64,000 nucleotides of DNA. Origin: Octopus vulgaris (Eukaryota). The stretch covers positions 26,412,001-26,476,000 of the forward strand of contig OX597840.1 of assembly GCA_951406725.2 (NCBI GenBank). The letters run 5' to 3'. The notes under the pieces are model-generated. The model was not told where the DNA came from, searched no databases, and worked only from the letters and a program-made list of their open reading frames with translations. This document shows, piece after piece, positions 26,511-41,280 of the stretch. Position 1 is the first letter of the stretch; every line of letters begins with the position of its first letter. Both the position numbers and the translations under genes were made by a program.

Positions 26511-26922
26511 GGCGCAGGAGTGGCTGTGTGGTAAGTAGCTTGCTAACCAACCACATGGTTGCGGGTTCAGTCCCACTGTGTGGCATCTTGGGCAAGTGTC
26601 TTCTGCTATAGCCCCGGGCCGACCAATGCCTTGTGAGTGGATTTGGTAGACGGAAACTGAAAGAAGCCCGTCGTATATATGTATATATTTATATATATAT
26701 GTGTGTGTGTGATTGTGTGTCTGTGTTTGTCCCCTAGCATTGCTTGACAACCGATGCTGGTGTGTTTACGTCCCCGTCACTTAGCGGTTCGGCAAAAGAG
26801 ACCGATAGAATAAGTACTGGGCTTACAAAAAGAATAAGTCCCGGGGTCGAGTTGCTCGACTAAAGGCGGTGCTCCAGCATGGCCGCAGTCAAATGACTGA
26901 AACAAGTAAAAGAGTAAAGAGT
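26511..26922 (+). mobile_element. Family A SINE, full length
   Basis: GGCGCAGGAG... through ...AAAAGAGTAAAGAG, flanked by (TA)n. Confidence 0.9.
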
Positions 26923-27070
26923 ATATATATATACCCTCCTATTTACTTTTCCATGTATCTAACCACTAATGTGTTTATTTAACTATCTATATACATACAT
27001 ATGTTTATAGGTATGCATCCATCTAACTATCCTCCTATCTATCTTTTATCTACCCACCTAACTCCCTGTT

Positions 27071-27109
<39 letters not shown>

Positions 27110-27156
27110 ATAACTATCTAGCTATCAATCGATCTGTCTATTCATCTATCTACCTA

Positions 27157-27229
<73 letters not shown>

Positions 27230-28585
27230 ATTGAGCTGTCTATCTATTCACCTATCTATCTATCTATCTACCTACCTACCTGTCTTTCAGTCTCTCTCTG
27301 TCTCTGTCTTTGTCTCTCTCTCTCTCTCTCTATATATATATGTATATCTATCTATCTTTTGATCGATCTGTCTATCTACCTACCTACCTGTCTGTCTGTC
27401 TCTCTGGCTCTCTCTCTCTCTCTCTATCTATCTGTCTGTCTGTCTATCTATCTTTATCTCTCTGTCAATCTATCTATCGATGGATTGTTCTGTCTATCTA
27501 CCTACCTACCTATCTGTCTCTCTATCTATCTATCTATCTTTCTATCTATCTACCTTCCTGGCTGCCTGGCTGTGACCTTTAAACAGAGAACATCACAGCA
27601 TCTAATGATCCCACAGAAGACCCTTAGAATACTATAATTATATCTCCCCTAACCCTGCCACCACCAACACCACCACTAATAAAACAAACCATAACAACAA
27701 CAACAACGACAACAACAACACCAGTACAATGTACAGGGCAAACAATATCAACACTACTGCCACATCCAACACTGTGACTAAATCCTCCTCCTCATCATCA
27801 TCATCATTGATACCTTCACATAGCAAAACATCCCCCACCACCAGGAATAACAGAATTGCCAAAACCACTCCCACAATCCAATCAATACAATTATCACCAC
27901 GACCACCATGACCACCACCAAAACCACTGCCAACACCACTGCCACTAAAACCAGCACTACCACCAAAACCACCACCTCCTCCTACAGTATCAACAAACCA
28001 CTGCTTACCATCGATATCACACCACCAAACTCCCTCTGCCACCAAAATCACCTCACCACCACCACCACCACAACCACTGGCACTACCACCATCACCACCT
28101 TCACTACCAGCCCCCACCATACCACCAGTATCATATCTTCAAGCCCTTGCCGCTGCCGCCACCATCACCACCAACAACAAGAACAACACCATCACCATCG
28201 CCACCATTCCGCCTCAGGCAGCAAAGGGGAGTTTTTATGTAGCAGCTTGACCTGCTAGAAATACCAACCAAGTCTCCCTCGAATCAACTCTACCCTTTGA
28301 GAAAAAAAAAAACAAAAAAAAAACATAAGGACATAACAGGTTCTGCGTTCCTCAAAACATTCTTTTTTGACCAATTAAAGATGGATGGTCATGGGTGGAG
28401 AGCTTTTTGATCACAAGAGTGCTTGATCAGCACCAACCAGGAACACTATGTTCAGTATCATGAAACATTAGAGTGTGATCTGAGGGAAATTTGGCTGCTA
28501 TTTCTAAATTGTTGAGTGACCCCCCCCATAAAGTAATCAAGAGCAAACTACAGCCCTTCAACCTTTCTGAAGGGCACACCCAGTG

Positions 28586-28652
28586 AATTTCTTTTTTAAT
28601 AGTGTGGCCCTTGTTATGATATAACAAGGGCCACACTATTAAAAAAGAAATT
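28586..28652. repeat. Perfect palindrome, 32-bp arms, 3-nt loop
   Basis: AATTTCTTTTTTAATAGTGTGGCCCTTGTTAT-GAT-ATAACAAGGGCCACACTATTAAAAAAGAAATT. Confidence 0.95.
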
Positions 28653-28794
28653 ACAGCTGGTTATATGACACAATCTGTATCCTTATGTTTGAAACTATAA
28701 GGACACGGATCGTGTCGTATAGCCAGCTGGAGACGATGTATCCTGGGGCTAAATTACAGCAACATTCGTCCTAAACCAGGACTGCCATGTTATG
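28653..28794. mobile_element. Fold-back fragment of the same family as the hammerhead-bearing element at 56672-56992
   Basis: The reverse complement of 28696-28794 is nearly identical to 56672-56770. 28654-28690 is an inverted partial copy. Confidence 0.8.
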
Positions 28795-29162
28795 TTGACA
28801 AACAATCTTTGCTACAGAAGGCAGAGTATTTCAGCAGAAATATGTAAACAAAATGGTTAGAATGATCAAAATTGCAACTTTCCATCAAAATTTCATGTTA
28901 AAATATGTTCTAAACAGCAGCTTAATTAAAGAGAAAGTTATTTTAATAAATTCTTTATAATTTTAAAAATTAATTGAAATAAAGGCAGTGTATTTCAACA
29001 GAAATATGGTAACAAAAGGGTTAAAGTGACCTAAATCAAAACCTTCCCTCAAAACTTTGTTAATTTATATTCAACTGTGTATTTCATCAGAAATATGATA
29101 ACAAACAACAGAGATGTACTTGCATAGCAAGTGACCTGATCTGAGATCGTATGCTGGAATGA

Positions 29163-29374
29163 AAACAATTGCAGCGTGGAAGGTGTTTATAAGCCATTTA
29201 AGAAACACACAAAAACTGTTAGATTCACTTCAACATTTAGATTTAATTTGTCAAAATATTTTCATCTCAAAGCCACGAAAATATTTAGACAAATTGAATT
29301 TAAATGTTGAAGTGAATCTAACGGTTTTGTGTTTCTTAAATGGCTTATAAACACCTTCCACGCTGCAATAGTTT
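29163..29374. repeat. Imperfect inverted repeat with ~100 bp arms (possible Penelope-like fold-back)
   Basis: TTGCAGCGTGGAAGGTGTTTATAAGCC...AAATATTTTC, a 13-nt spacer, then GAAAATATTT...GGCTTATAAACACCTTCCACGCTGCAA. Confidence 0.85.
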
Positions 29375-29399
29375 ATGATAACAAAAATGGTTAAGAACC

Positions 29400-29620
29400 A
29401 GCACAAAATGATGGTGAACGAAAAACCTGTTGCACCAAAAAACCTCTTCCAGAGCAACACTTCCAGAACTTGTAGTTTCCCAAATGGAATTCCACAGGGA
29501 GCTGTTTTGTCACCCAATCTTTTCACTTTATGTCAACAAAACCTTCTCACACATTCACAAAATATGCAGACAACATCATACAAAAATAACTTCACAGATA
29601 CATTATCCTTGTATACTCCA
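29400..29620 (+). pseudogene. Degraded LINE reverse transcriptase fragment
   Basis: NGIPQGAVLSPNLF (RT motif 4), followed after a frameshift by KYADN (a YADD remnant). Confidence 0.75.
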
Positions 29621-29934
29621 GTTCGTTAGAGGATAAAGAATTTTTACCTGCCCCCTTTTTTTTTAATCACCTTGAAACATGTTTCTGCACTTACTGATTC
29701 CATTGTCACTCGTTTTACTTTTCAGGAACACCAGACGATATCAGACACGATCCACCATCAGACACAGCAACACAAACATACTTCACAACACAAACACATG
29801 GAAAACAAAACCACCCTTCCTCACCCACCTTTCATACCCATATATTTACTCACCCTTTTCTTAGATACTTTTTCATACACATCCTCAAAATCCACCCTTT
29901 TAATACCCATTTATTTACCCATCTTTTATAAGTC

Positions 29935-30615
29935 CACCCTTATTTACCCACCTTCTATATCCATCCTTTCCATACCCATCTATGTACCCACACCTTTTAT
30001 CAGCCACCCTTATGTACACATCTTCTATATCCACCCTTATTATATCCACCTATGTATCCATCCCTTTTTTTAGCCACCCTTATTTACCCACCTTCTACAT
30101 CTGCCCCTTTCATACCCATCTATGTACCCACATCTTTTATCAGCCACCCTTATGCACACATCTTCTATATCCACCCATATATTAACCCCTTTCCATATCC
30201 ACCTATGTATCAACCACTTTTCTTGTCCACCCTTATTTACCCACCTTCTATATCCATCCTTTCCATACCCATCTATGTACCCACACCTTTTATCAGCCAC
30301 CCTTATGTACACATCTTCTATATCCACCCTTATTATATCCACCTATGTATCCATCCCTTTTCATAACCACCCTTATTTACCCACCTTCTACATCCACCCC
30401 TTTCATACCCATCTATGTACCCACCCTTTTATCAGCCACACTTATGTACACATCTTCTATATCCACCCTTATTATATCCACCGATGTATCCATCCCTTTT
30501 CATAACCACCCTTATTTACCCACCTTCTACATCCACCCCTTTCATACCCATCTATGTACCCACCCTTTTATCAGCCACACTTATGTACACATCTTCCATA
30601 TCCACCCCTTTTATA
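29935..30615. repeat. Tandem repeat with a ~130 bp CT/A-rich unit (~5 copies)
   Basis: CCACCCTTATTTACCCACCTTCTA...CATACCCATCTATGTACCCAC recurs. Confidence 0.85.
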
Positions 30616-32249
30616 CCCGTTATTCTTACATGTTTGTCCACCCCAAAATGCATTTTCTCATTCTCCATAAACGCATACATGCATACATACACATATATAT
30701 GCACACTGCAGCACAGACACACACATGTACGCCTACACAGACATACATAGACATACACACATACACACATGCCCAAGTGCACACACATACATTCATCCTT
30801 ACACACGTACACACACCCAAATATTTACATACACACATATACATACATACATACACACTCTTTTACACAAGCAGACACACACACAGACATATATACAAGT
30901 ATATACACACGCATACAAGCATGTATATATACACATATACATGCGTGTCTATACACACACATGCATATACACTTATACACACTTGTATGCATAGACATAT
31001 ACACAAACATACACACGTGTGCATCCAAACACACACATATACATGTATTTATACACATATACATGTGTGTATGCATAAATACACATACAAACATACACAC
31101 ACACACACACACACACGTATATATACATACACACACACGTGTATATAAATATGTACACACACACATGTACACATATAAACATCTAGACGTTTCAAAACAT
31201 ACACATACATGCACATACAAACACACTCATATACACACATACACAAACATACGCATACATATATACACAAGCATACACGTACATGTAACATACACACACA
31301 TGCAAATATACATGCATGCATACACACGCACATGTACATACGCACACACGCAAACACACACACACACATGGACGCATGCACACATACTTATACACACATA
31401 CACATGCACACAAACTCGTATACACACAAACACATACACACACAAACATACACATATACACACACATACTCGTATACACACAACCACATACACACACACA
31501 CTCATATACACACACATACTCGTATACACACAAACACACACACATGTGCTCGTCAATGTAGAAGGTTTTTGCATTTAAATTAAAAGGGAGAAGCGTTTTT
31601 ATTGATATTCATGTAGGGTTGGGGGGGTCATGAAAGGGGGAGGGTACGTGGCCCTTGGCGTGGAGGGGGCATGTAGGGAGAGGATAGGGGTGGGAACCTG
31701 GGGTGGCGGAGGGAAGGAAAAAGATCAATTTAAGAAAAAATCATAGAGGATGTCACACACACACACACACTTATACATATACACACACATACATATATGC
31801 ACACATACATACACACACATACACTTATACATATACACACACATACACAAGCACATACATATACGCACACATACATACACACACATACACATGCATAGAT
31901 GCATATAATACACAAGCACACACACACATATACAAACATACACACACACATATATACACATAGATATACACTGGTACATACACATATGCAAGCACATACA
32001 TATATACATACACACACACACTTATACATATACACACGCACACACAACAACGCATATACACAAGCACATACATATACACACATACACACGCATAGATGCA
32101 TATATACACAAGCACACACACATATATACACATAGATATACATCGGTACATACATACACATGGATACACACATACATATATGCAAGCACATACACATACA
32201 TACACACATATATACACACACATATATACACACACATGCGTATAACAAG

Positions 32250-33110
32250 CAATCCGTTGGTTACAACAACGAGCATTCCAGTTGATCCGATCAACAGAAC
32301 AACCTGCTAGGGAAACTAACGTGCAAATGGCCGAGTACTCCACAGACATACTCTTTACTCTTTTACTTGTTTCAGTCATTTGACTGCGGCCATGCTGGAG
32401 CACCGCCTTTAATCGAGCAACTCGACCCCAGGACTTATTCTTTCTAAGCCCAGTACTTATTCTATCAGTCTCTTTTGCCAAACCGCTAAGTAACAGGGAT
32501 ATAAACACAGACACACAAACACGCATATATATATATATACATATATACGATGGGCTTCTTTCAGTTTCCGTCTACCAAATCCACTCACAAGGCTTTGGTC
32601 AACCCGAGTCTATAGTAGAAGACACTTGCCCAAGGTGCCACGCAGTGGGACTGAACCCGGAACCATGTTGTTGGTAAGCAAGCTACTTACCACACAGCCA
32701 CTCCTGCACCTATATATATATATATATATATACGATGGGCTTCGTTCAGTTTCCATCTACCAAATCCACTCACAAGGCTTTGGTCAACCCGAGGCTATAG
32801 TAGAAGACACTTGCCCAAGGTGCCACGCAGTGGGACTGAACCTGGAACCATGTGGTTGGTAAACAAGCTACTTACCACACAGCCACTCCTACGTACCCTT
32901 AATGAAGTTCACAGGGAGATTCAGTGAGACACAAGATGTGACATGGCTGGCCCCTTTGTAATAACAGGTACTGCTCAATTTTTGCCAGCTGTGTCTACTG
33001 GAGCAATGTGAAATAAAGTGTCTTGCTCAAGGACAGAATGCACAGCCAGGAATTGAACTCAGGACTTCATGATCATGAGCTGAATGCACAAAACATTAAG
33101 CCATGAGCCT
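32250..33110 (-). mobile_element. Family C-like SINE interrupted by a family A SINE (32351-32891, duplicated head)
   Basis: The host sequence GAGTACTCCACAGACA|CGTACCCTTAATG is split by the insert and is contiguous in the copy at 44870-45183. Confidence 0.75.
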
Positions 33111-34119
33111 TCACACACACACATACTTATAGAGATGTATACAGAAAAACATACACATATATACATACACAAATATATATATATTTCTTTGGTAGTAGTA
33201 GTAGTAGCAGTAGTGGTGGTGGTGGTAGTATTGGCAGTGATGGTGGTGGAGGTAGTGGTGGTGGTATTATTATTATTATTAGTAGTAGTAGTAGTAGTGG
33301 TGATGGTGGTGGTGGTCATTGTGGAAGTAGCAGAAGTAATGGTGATGGTGGAGGTGGAGGTAGTAGAAAGAGTGGTGATGGCGGTGGTGGTGGTAGTAGT
33401 AGTAGTAGTAGTATTGGTGGTGATGGTGGTATTATTATTATTATAATTATTAGTAGCAGTGGTGGTGGTGGAGATAGTGGTGATAGTAGTAATGGTGGTG
33501 GTGTTGGTCGTAGTGGTGGTAGTGGTAGTAGTAGTGGTAGTAGCAGAAGTAGTAGTAGTAGTAGTAGTAAGTACAGCAGTAGTATAGGCATTGGTGGCAG
33601 CAGTGGTGGTAATAGGGAGACCTAATTCTTAGCCTGAAGTCGGTGATGTGGTGCAAGGGATAGAGGGGCGGGGTGTTGTCACAACCAACGCTGGCCCCCA
33701 ACAGCTAATGTATAACACTGAAATATACCCCATCACCAACACCACCCACACCCCATTTTTGTTTTATGGGGCTTTTTAAAAAATTTTCTTTAGTATTTTA
33801 ACCCACCAAACCAAACATGACCCTTCACCCACCAAACACCTCCTCTCAACCCACCGAACATTCCTTCCCCCCTTCACCACCCTGTAATCCAAGAACCCTC
33901 CCCCACTCCTTTTAACCCATCAAATCCTTCTCTCTCTCTCCCTCTTATCACCGCACAAAAAGCAAGCGACCCAACACGCCGAATGTTAATTCGGTTTTTA
34001 ATTTTAAATTAAAGAAGGAAAGAACCAAATTAAAATCGTTAAATAAAAATTCTCTTGAAAAAAAAAGAAAGAAAATTCAGTGGTTTAAAGTAAAAAAAAA
34101 CCCAAATATATTCAATTTG

Positions 34120-34216
34120 TTTATTCTTCTTCTTCTTCTTCTTATTATTATTATTATTATTACTATTATTATCATTATTATTACTATTATTATTATTATC
34201 GTCATTATTATTATAT

Positions 34217-34262
<46 letters not shown>

Positions 34263-34330
34263 TATTATTATTATTTTTATTATTATTATTATCATTATTA
34301 TTACTATTATTATTATTATTTTTATTATAT

Positions 34331-34361
<31 letters not shown>

Positions 34362-34596
34362 TACTATTATTATTTTTATTATTATTATCATTATTATTAC
34401 TATTATTATTATTATTTTTATTATATTCATTATCATTATTATTATTATTATTTTTATTTTATTATTACTATTATTATTACTATTATTATTATTATTTTTA
34501 TTATTATTATTATCATTATTATTACTATTATTATTATTATTTTTATTATTATTATTATCATTATTATTACTATTATTATTATTATTTTTATTATAT

Positions 34597-34633
<37 letters not shown>

Positions 34634-34865
34634 TATTATTTTTATTATTATTATCATTATTATTACTATTATTATTATTATTTTTATTATATTCATTATC
34701 ATTATTATTATTATTATTATTTTTATTTTATTATTACTATTATTATTACTATTATTATTATTATTTTTATTATTATTATTATCATTATTATTACTATTAT
34801 TATTATTATTTTTATTATTATTATTATCATTATTATTACTATTATTATTATTATTTTTATTATAT

Positions 34866-34902
<37 letters not shown>

Positions 34903-35015
34903 TATTATTTTTATTATTATTATCATTATTATTACTATTATTATTATTATTTTTATTATATTCATTATCATTATTATTATTATTATTTTTATTTTATTAT
35001 TACTATTATTATTAC

Positions 35016-35057
<42 letters not shown>

Positions 35058-35376
35058 TATTATTTTTATTATTATTATCATTATTATTACTATTATTATT
35101 ATTATTTTTATTATATTCATTATCATTATTATTATTATTATTTTTATTTTATTATTACTATTATTATTACTATTATTATTATTATTTTTATTATTATCAT
35201 TATTATTACTATTACTATTATTATTACTATTATTATTATTATTATTATTATCATTATTATTACTATTATTATTATTATTACTATTATTATTATTATTATT
35301 ATTATTATTATCATTACTAATATTATTATTATTACTGTTATTATTTTTATTATTATTACTATTATTATTATTATTT

Positions 35377-35407
<31 letters not shown>

Positions 35408-35595
35408 TATTATTACTATTATTATTATTATTACTATTATTACTATTATTATTATTTTTATTATTATTATTATCATTATTATTACTATTACTATTATTAC
35501 TATTATCATTATTATTACTATTATTATTATTATTACTATTATTATTATTGTTATTCTTCTTCTTCTTCTTATTATTATCATTATTATCATCATTG
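34120..35595. repeat. ~1.5 kb (ATT)n-derived tract with a 269-bp higher-order repeat
   Basis: Identical pseudo-ORFs at 34454-34702 and 34723-34971, offset by 269. Confidence 0.9.
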
Positions 35596-36187
35596 CCCTT
35601 GTGTGTGTGTGTGTGTTGATAGCTCTCAATATTTTAAATATTTGCAAATAAAAATAAATTATCGGAGCGTTTATTTTTGCAAATTATTTAATCATTTTTT
35701 TGCATTTACTTTATCTATTTATTTATCTATTCATTGATTTATTTATTTCTTGCCATTTCTTCATTTCTCAATTCTGCCCCAAACCCCCTATTACCCCCCC
35801 CCCCCACCCACCCCTGCATTTAGTCCCCACCCACCCTCTGCCGTTTCTCTCAGAAATATTCCCTTCTTGATGCCGGCCACTCAACCGTGAAAAATGAAAT
35901 AAATAAGAAAAAAAAATGCGGATCAGTGGCATCCGAAGTCGTTCAGCTGGGATCACTAAGGTAAAGAGGGATCAGTTTAGGGGTGACGGGGGAGAAGGGA
36001 CCTTACCTCAACAACACAACAACAGCTGTGTTGACGGCTTCCATCCCCCTTTTTTTTCATTTTTGTCGTGTATCTATGTGATGTGGTTGTGTTTGGTAAT
36101 CATCAGACAAGAACCACAGACCGTGTTAGTCATCACGTTGTTACCACTTAGTTAGGGAGGAAAAGACAAGGACAAGATTGTGCTTAA

Positions 36188-36398
36188 CCCTTTTGATACC
36201 AACCCGGCTTTGGCTCTATAGTACAAATGTTTTATTTTCATAAGTTTTGAATCAAAATCTTCCATCAAACCTTAGTCACAATTTATGTTCCTAACACTAA
36301 CTTAATGATAACTAAGTTATTTTACTAAATTCTTTGTTATATCTAAAGTAATTGAAAGAAACACAGAGCATCTCAAAATAGATACAGTAATGATAGCA
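36188..36398. mobile_element. piggyBac-like MITE (right end degenerate)
   Basis: TTAA-CCCTTTTGATACCAAC start, with an internal match to the 14 kb array. Confidence 0.75.
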
Positions 36399-36469
36399 TT
36401 TAAGAGATGAGGAATTATTTACATTATTTACATTTGATGGATATTTGTCCTCATATTGTTTGTTGTTAA

Positions 36470-36541
36470 TGGGCATATGGCATAGTGGTTAAGAGTGCGG
36501 GCTACTAAACCCAAGATTCCAAGTTCGATTCCAGGCGGTGA

Positions 36542-36588
<47 letters not shown>

Positions 36589-36645
36589 TCGAAAAATACC
36601 TTAGGAATGAGAACCCAGGTTCGAAATTCCCCCAAGACACTTGAC
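36470..36645 (+). mobile_element. tRNA-derived SINE head with (AAT)n and an unclassified tail
   Basis: TGGCATAGTGGTTAAG A box and AGTTCGATTCC B box. Confidence 0.55.
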
Positions 36646-36822
36646 ACACACACACATAAGTGCAGGTGTGGCTGTGTTATAAGAATCTCGCTGCCCAATC
36701 GCATAGTACCAGGTTCACAGGTTCAATCCCACTGCATGACACCTTGGGCAAGTGTCTTTTAGTAGACTTGGGCCAACCAAAGCCTTGTGACTGGATTTGA
36801 TAGATGGAAACTGAAAGAAGCC

Positions 36823-36877
<55 letters not shown>

Positions 36878-37207
36878 TGTGTGTGTCTATACTTGCACCT
36901 CCCTCACCATGACTTGACAACCAATGTTGGTGTGTTTACATCCCTGTAACTTAGCAGTTCAGTAAAAGAGTCTAATAAGTACTAGGCTTACGAAGAATAA
37001 GTCCTGGGGTCAATTTCTTTGACTAAAATCTCTTTGAGGCAGGGCTCAAGCATGGCCAGTCATATGACTGAAAAAAGTAAAACGACAAAAAATAAAAGAA
37101 TGTATGTGTATGTGTGTGCCACTGTATGGCACCTTGGGCAAGTGTCTTCTACTATAGCCTCGGGCCGACCAAAACCTTGTGAGTGGATTTGGTAGATGGA
37201 ATCCCAT

Positions 37208-37698
37208 TGTGTGGCGACACCTGGGGCAAATGTCTTCTACTATAATTCTAGGCTGATTAAAGCATTGTAAATGAATTCCGTCAATGAAAACTGCATGAAG
37301 TCCATCGTATTTATATATACAGCGGTGGTGCCCCAGCATGGCCGCGGCCTTCAGGCTAAAACATTTTTAAGGATTTAAGGATACAGGGTTGGCCAAAAGT
37401 CACCTGACAGTAAATCAAAAATATGGCCTAGTGGTTAGAGCAACGGACTCGCGGTCGAGGGATCGTGGGTTTGAATTCATCGCCCGGTCTGAATTCGAAC
37501 CTGCGATCCCTCGACCTTGAGTCCGCTGCTCTAACCACTAGGCCATGTTTTTGATTTACTGTCAGGTGACTTTTGGCCAACCCCGTATATACAAATACAA
37601 TGGGCTTCCATACAGTTTTCATCAACGGAATTCATTTACAAGGCTTTAATCAGCCTAGAGTTATAGTAGAAGATATCTGCCCCAGGTGTCGCCACACA
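37208..37698. repeat. Composite ~490 bp fold-back inverted repeat
   Basis: Each arm holds a family A SINE piece, a Tc1/mariner-like end (TACAGGGTTGGCCAAAAGT) and a tRNA-like head. The loop is 12 nt (37479-37490). Confidence 0.9.
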
Positions 37699-38537
37699 CT
37701 GAGATTGAACCTATAACTATGTGCTTGCCAAGTAAACTTCTCAATCGTACACTCATGCCTGTAGATAATGTGGACTTTTGAGCTACAAAAAACACAAAAC
37801 TTGCACCAATGACAAGAATACACAAACGAAAAAACTAAAAAAATATAAAAGAGAAAATGAAAAAAAATTTCTTTTGCAGGTAGAATCTTCTTTGAATCGA
37901 TACCATTTCTAAGAAATGAATAAATGACAGAAACGGTAAATATATTCCGCATGATTCTGTTTGTAGCGAAAACATGACAAGGAGTAGATATGATGATAGT
38001 TAAAGTTTAGCTTCACAGAATATCGGAAATGTATGATTAGTTGAAGAATGAGAAATTCATGAAGAACAGAAACAAGATAATGGTGCTAACACAGGAATCA
38101 CAGCCTTCTGTGGAACGGTGTCTTTATTTGATGCGAAGAATGAAACTGAAGGAAGCAGGAGATAATCAAAGAGGTTGGAGATACATGGTAGGAATTCCAA
38201 TAGAAACTTTGGTAAAATATGGCCACCTTTATGGAGATTAGGCTTAAATACCGTAATAAAATTGGCATATATCTGTGCAATTGTTGGTTCATCCATCCAC
38301 CCATCAATCTATTTATCAATCTATCTACCTGTCCATCTATCTACCTATCTATCTACCTGTCTATCTATCTGTATCTATCTATCTATCTATCTCTTTATCT
38401 ATCCATCTAAAAACAAAGGCAGATAAAGAGATAGATATAGAAATAGATATGTCATGCTTACGAATGTGTGTGTGTGTATAAAAATATGCATATATACATT
38501 TATATATATAAATATATATATATATACACATACATAG

Positions 38538-38586
<49 letters not shown>

Positions 38587-38609
38587 TACATATATATATA
38601 TATACATAC

Positions 38610-38642
<33 letters not shown>

Positions 38643-39001
38643 CATACATACATACATACATATGTACCTTTCTTTCTCACTATCTATCTATCTATCTATC
38701 TATCTATATATATATATATATATATATTAGGCAATATATATATATGTGTACATAAATATGTTACATATATATATAAATAAATCTGTAGGTGTGTACATAT
38801 TTAAACATACACATATACAACATGTACAAACACACACACATACATAAATACATATGTGATTTCCTGGTTAAACAGTTCGCTTTGCAACCACACAGTTTTT
38901 CAATTCAGGGTTCAGTCCCACTGCAAGGCACCTTGGGAAAGTGTCTTCTCTACAGCCCCAGGCCAATCAAAACCTTACAAATAGATTTGGTAAACAGAAA
39001 C

Positions 39002-39032
<31 letters not shown>

Positions 39033-39039
39033 CTCTTTA

Positions 39040-39202
39040 GACTGCGGCCATGCTGGAGCATTGCATTTAGTCGAGCAAATCGACCCCAGGACTTATTCTT
39101 TGTAAGCCCAGTACTTATTCTATCGGTCTCTTTTGCCGAACCGCTAAGTGACGGGGATGTAAACACACCAGCATCGGTTGTCAAGCAATGTTGGGGGGAC
39201 AA

Positions 39203-39237
<35 letters not shown>

Positions 39238-39768
39238 CATATATACGACAGGCTTCTTTCAGTTTCCATCTACCAAATCCACTCACAAGGCTTTGGTCGG
39301 CCCGAGGCTATAGTAGAAGACACTTGCCCAAGGTGTCACGCATTGGTTCAGTCCCACTGCATGGCACCTTGGGCAAACGCCTTCTACTATATATACTATA
39401 TGGCGACGTAAACACACCAGCATCGGTTGTCAAGCAATGTTGGGGGGACAAACACAGACACACAAACACATACACACTTTAAGGCCCTCATGCTTCCCGA
39501 AATCCGTCGAAACTACACCTGATTATATATGCACTTTAGACGAGTTGTAGTGCACCTGAGCACTGTACACAATGTTTATTATTATTATTATATACATATA
39601 TACGACGGGCTTCTTTCAGTTTCTGTCTACCAAATCCACTCACAAGGCTTTGGTCGGCCCGCGGCTATAGCAGAAGACACTTGCCCAAGGTGCCACGCAG
39701 TGGGACTGAACCCGGAACCATGTGGTTGGTAAGCAAGCTACTTACCACACAGCCACTCCTGCGCCTAA

Positions 39769-39812
<44 letters not shown>

Positions 39813-40255
39813 TTATATATATATATATATCATCATCATTGTTTAATGTCCGTTTTCCATGCTGGCATGAGTTGGACGGTTCAACAGGGTTCTGGGGAGC
39901 CAGGAGGCTGCACTAGGCTCCAGTCTGATCAAGGTGCCATGCAGTGGGACTGAACCCAGAACCCTGAGGTTGGGAAGCAAGCTTGTTACCACACAGCCAC
40001 GCCTGCACCTAATGTATATATGTGTATGTGTGTGTGTGTGTGTGTGTGTACATGTGTTTGTCTAGCACCACTGCTCAACAACCAGTGATGGTTCATTTAT
40101 GTCCTTGTCACTTAGCGGTTCAGCAATACGAGACTAAAATAATAAGTAACAGATTTTAAATAAATAAAGTCCATGGATCAATTCGTTCAACTGAAAACTT
40201 TTCGAGGCGGTGCCCCAGCATGGCCACAGTCCAAAGACTGAAACAAAGTAAAGTA
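39040..40255. mobile_element. Cluster of rearranged family A SINE fragments and an RTE tail (39830-39930, minus)
   Basis: Multiple partial matches in both orientations. Confidence 0.7.
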
Positions 40256-40597
40256 TAAAAAAGAGTGTAGAAAGAAATATAATGAAAGACGTTCCAGCCA
40301 TGACCAACACAGCGATTTATTTTTTTAGCGTGTGTGTGTGTGTTTATAGCTAAGAGTTCATTGTGTAATATGTCGGCGAGGCTGGCGGGGGAGGTTGTGA
40401 CTGTTGTTTCTAGCCGAGCAGCCGGTCTCTCGGTGCAGCTGTCTTGAAGACGTTACATACAATAGAGCCAGACATACAGCTGCTGGGGGGTGGGGGTGGG
40501 GGTAGAGCGAGAGGGGGTGGGGCTGGGGGGTGAAGTGGGTAGGGGGACCGTCTCCAGCATCTTCCCTCTCCTCTTCCTCCTACTTGACTTTTCCTGG

Positions 40598-40774
40598 TTG
40601 TGTGTGTGTATGTGTGTGTGTGTCAGTGTTTGTGTGTGAGTGTGTGCATGTGTGTGTGTGCATGTGTGTGTGTGTGAGTGTGTGTGTGTGTGTGTGTATG
40701 TGTGTGTGAGTGTGTGTGTGCATGTGTGTGAGTGTGTGCATGTGTGTGTGTGTGTGCATGTGTGTGAGTGTGTG

Positions 40775-40825
<51 letters not shown>

Positions 40826-40880
40826 ATGTGTGTGTGTGTGTGTATGTGTGTGTGTGTCAGTGTTTGTGTGTGAGTGTGTG

Positions 40881-40913
<33 letters not shown>

Positions 40914-41280
40914 ATGTGTGTGTGTGCATGTGTGTGTGTGTGTGTGTATGTGTGTGTGTGTGAGTGTGTGTGTGTGCATGTATTTGTGTTATTCTTGTGT
41001 GCGTGTTTATGACAGTACATGTGTGTTTGTGTGTGTGTGTGTGTATATGTCTGTGCTTGCGTTTGTATGCGTGTATGGGTTAGTACATCTGTGTGTGTGT
41101 GTGTGTGTGTGTGAGTGTGTGTGTTTTAATGCGTGAATGAGTTAGTACATCTGATTATGTCTACGTATGTGTGTGTGTGTGTGTGTGTTTACGTAAATGT
41201 GTGTATATATATGTGTGTATGTGTGTGTGTGTGTGTTTGTGTATGTATGCCTTTATGTTTGCGTGTGTGTGTGTGTGTCT
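40598..41280. repeat. (TG)n-derived microsatellite region
   Basis: Seen directly. Confidence 0.95.

Noticed and set aside
34117-35619. 500-aa ORF as a protein gene
   Set aside because: It is a translation of an (ATT)n microsatellite (poly-I/L/Y).
35990-36140. Minus-strand exon ending at GAG|GTAAGG (~36007)
   Set aside because: The donor is good but there is no convincing polypyrimidine acceptor.
37424-37546. Genuine tRNA genes (also at 17885, 22300, 22620, 36470, 47665)
   Set aside because: A and B boxes are present but there is no complete cloverleaf or acceptor stem, and the sequences continue into SINE bodies.
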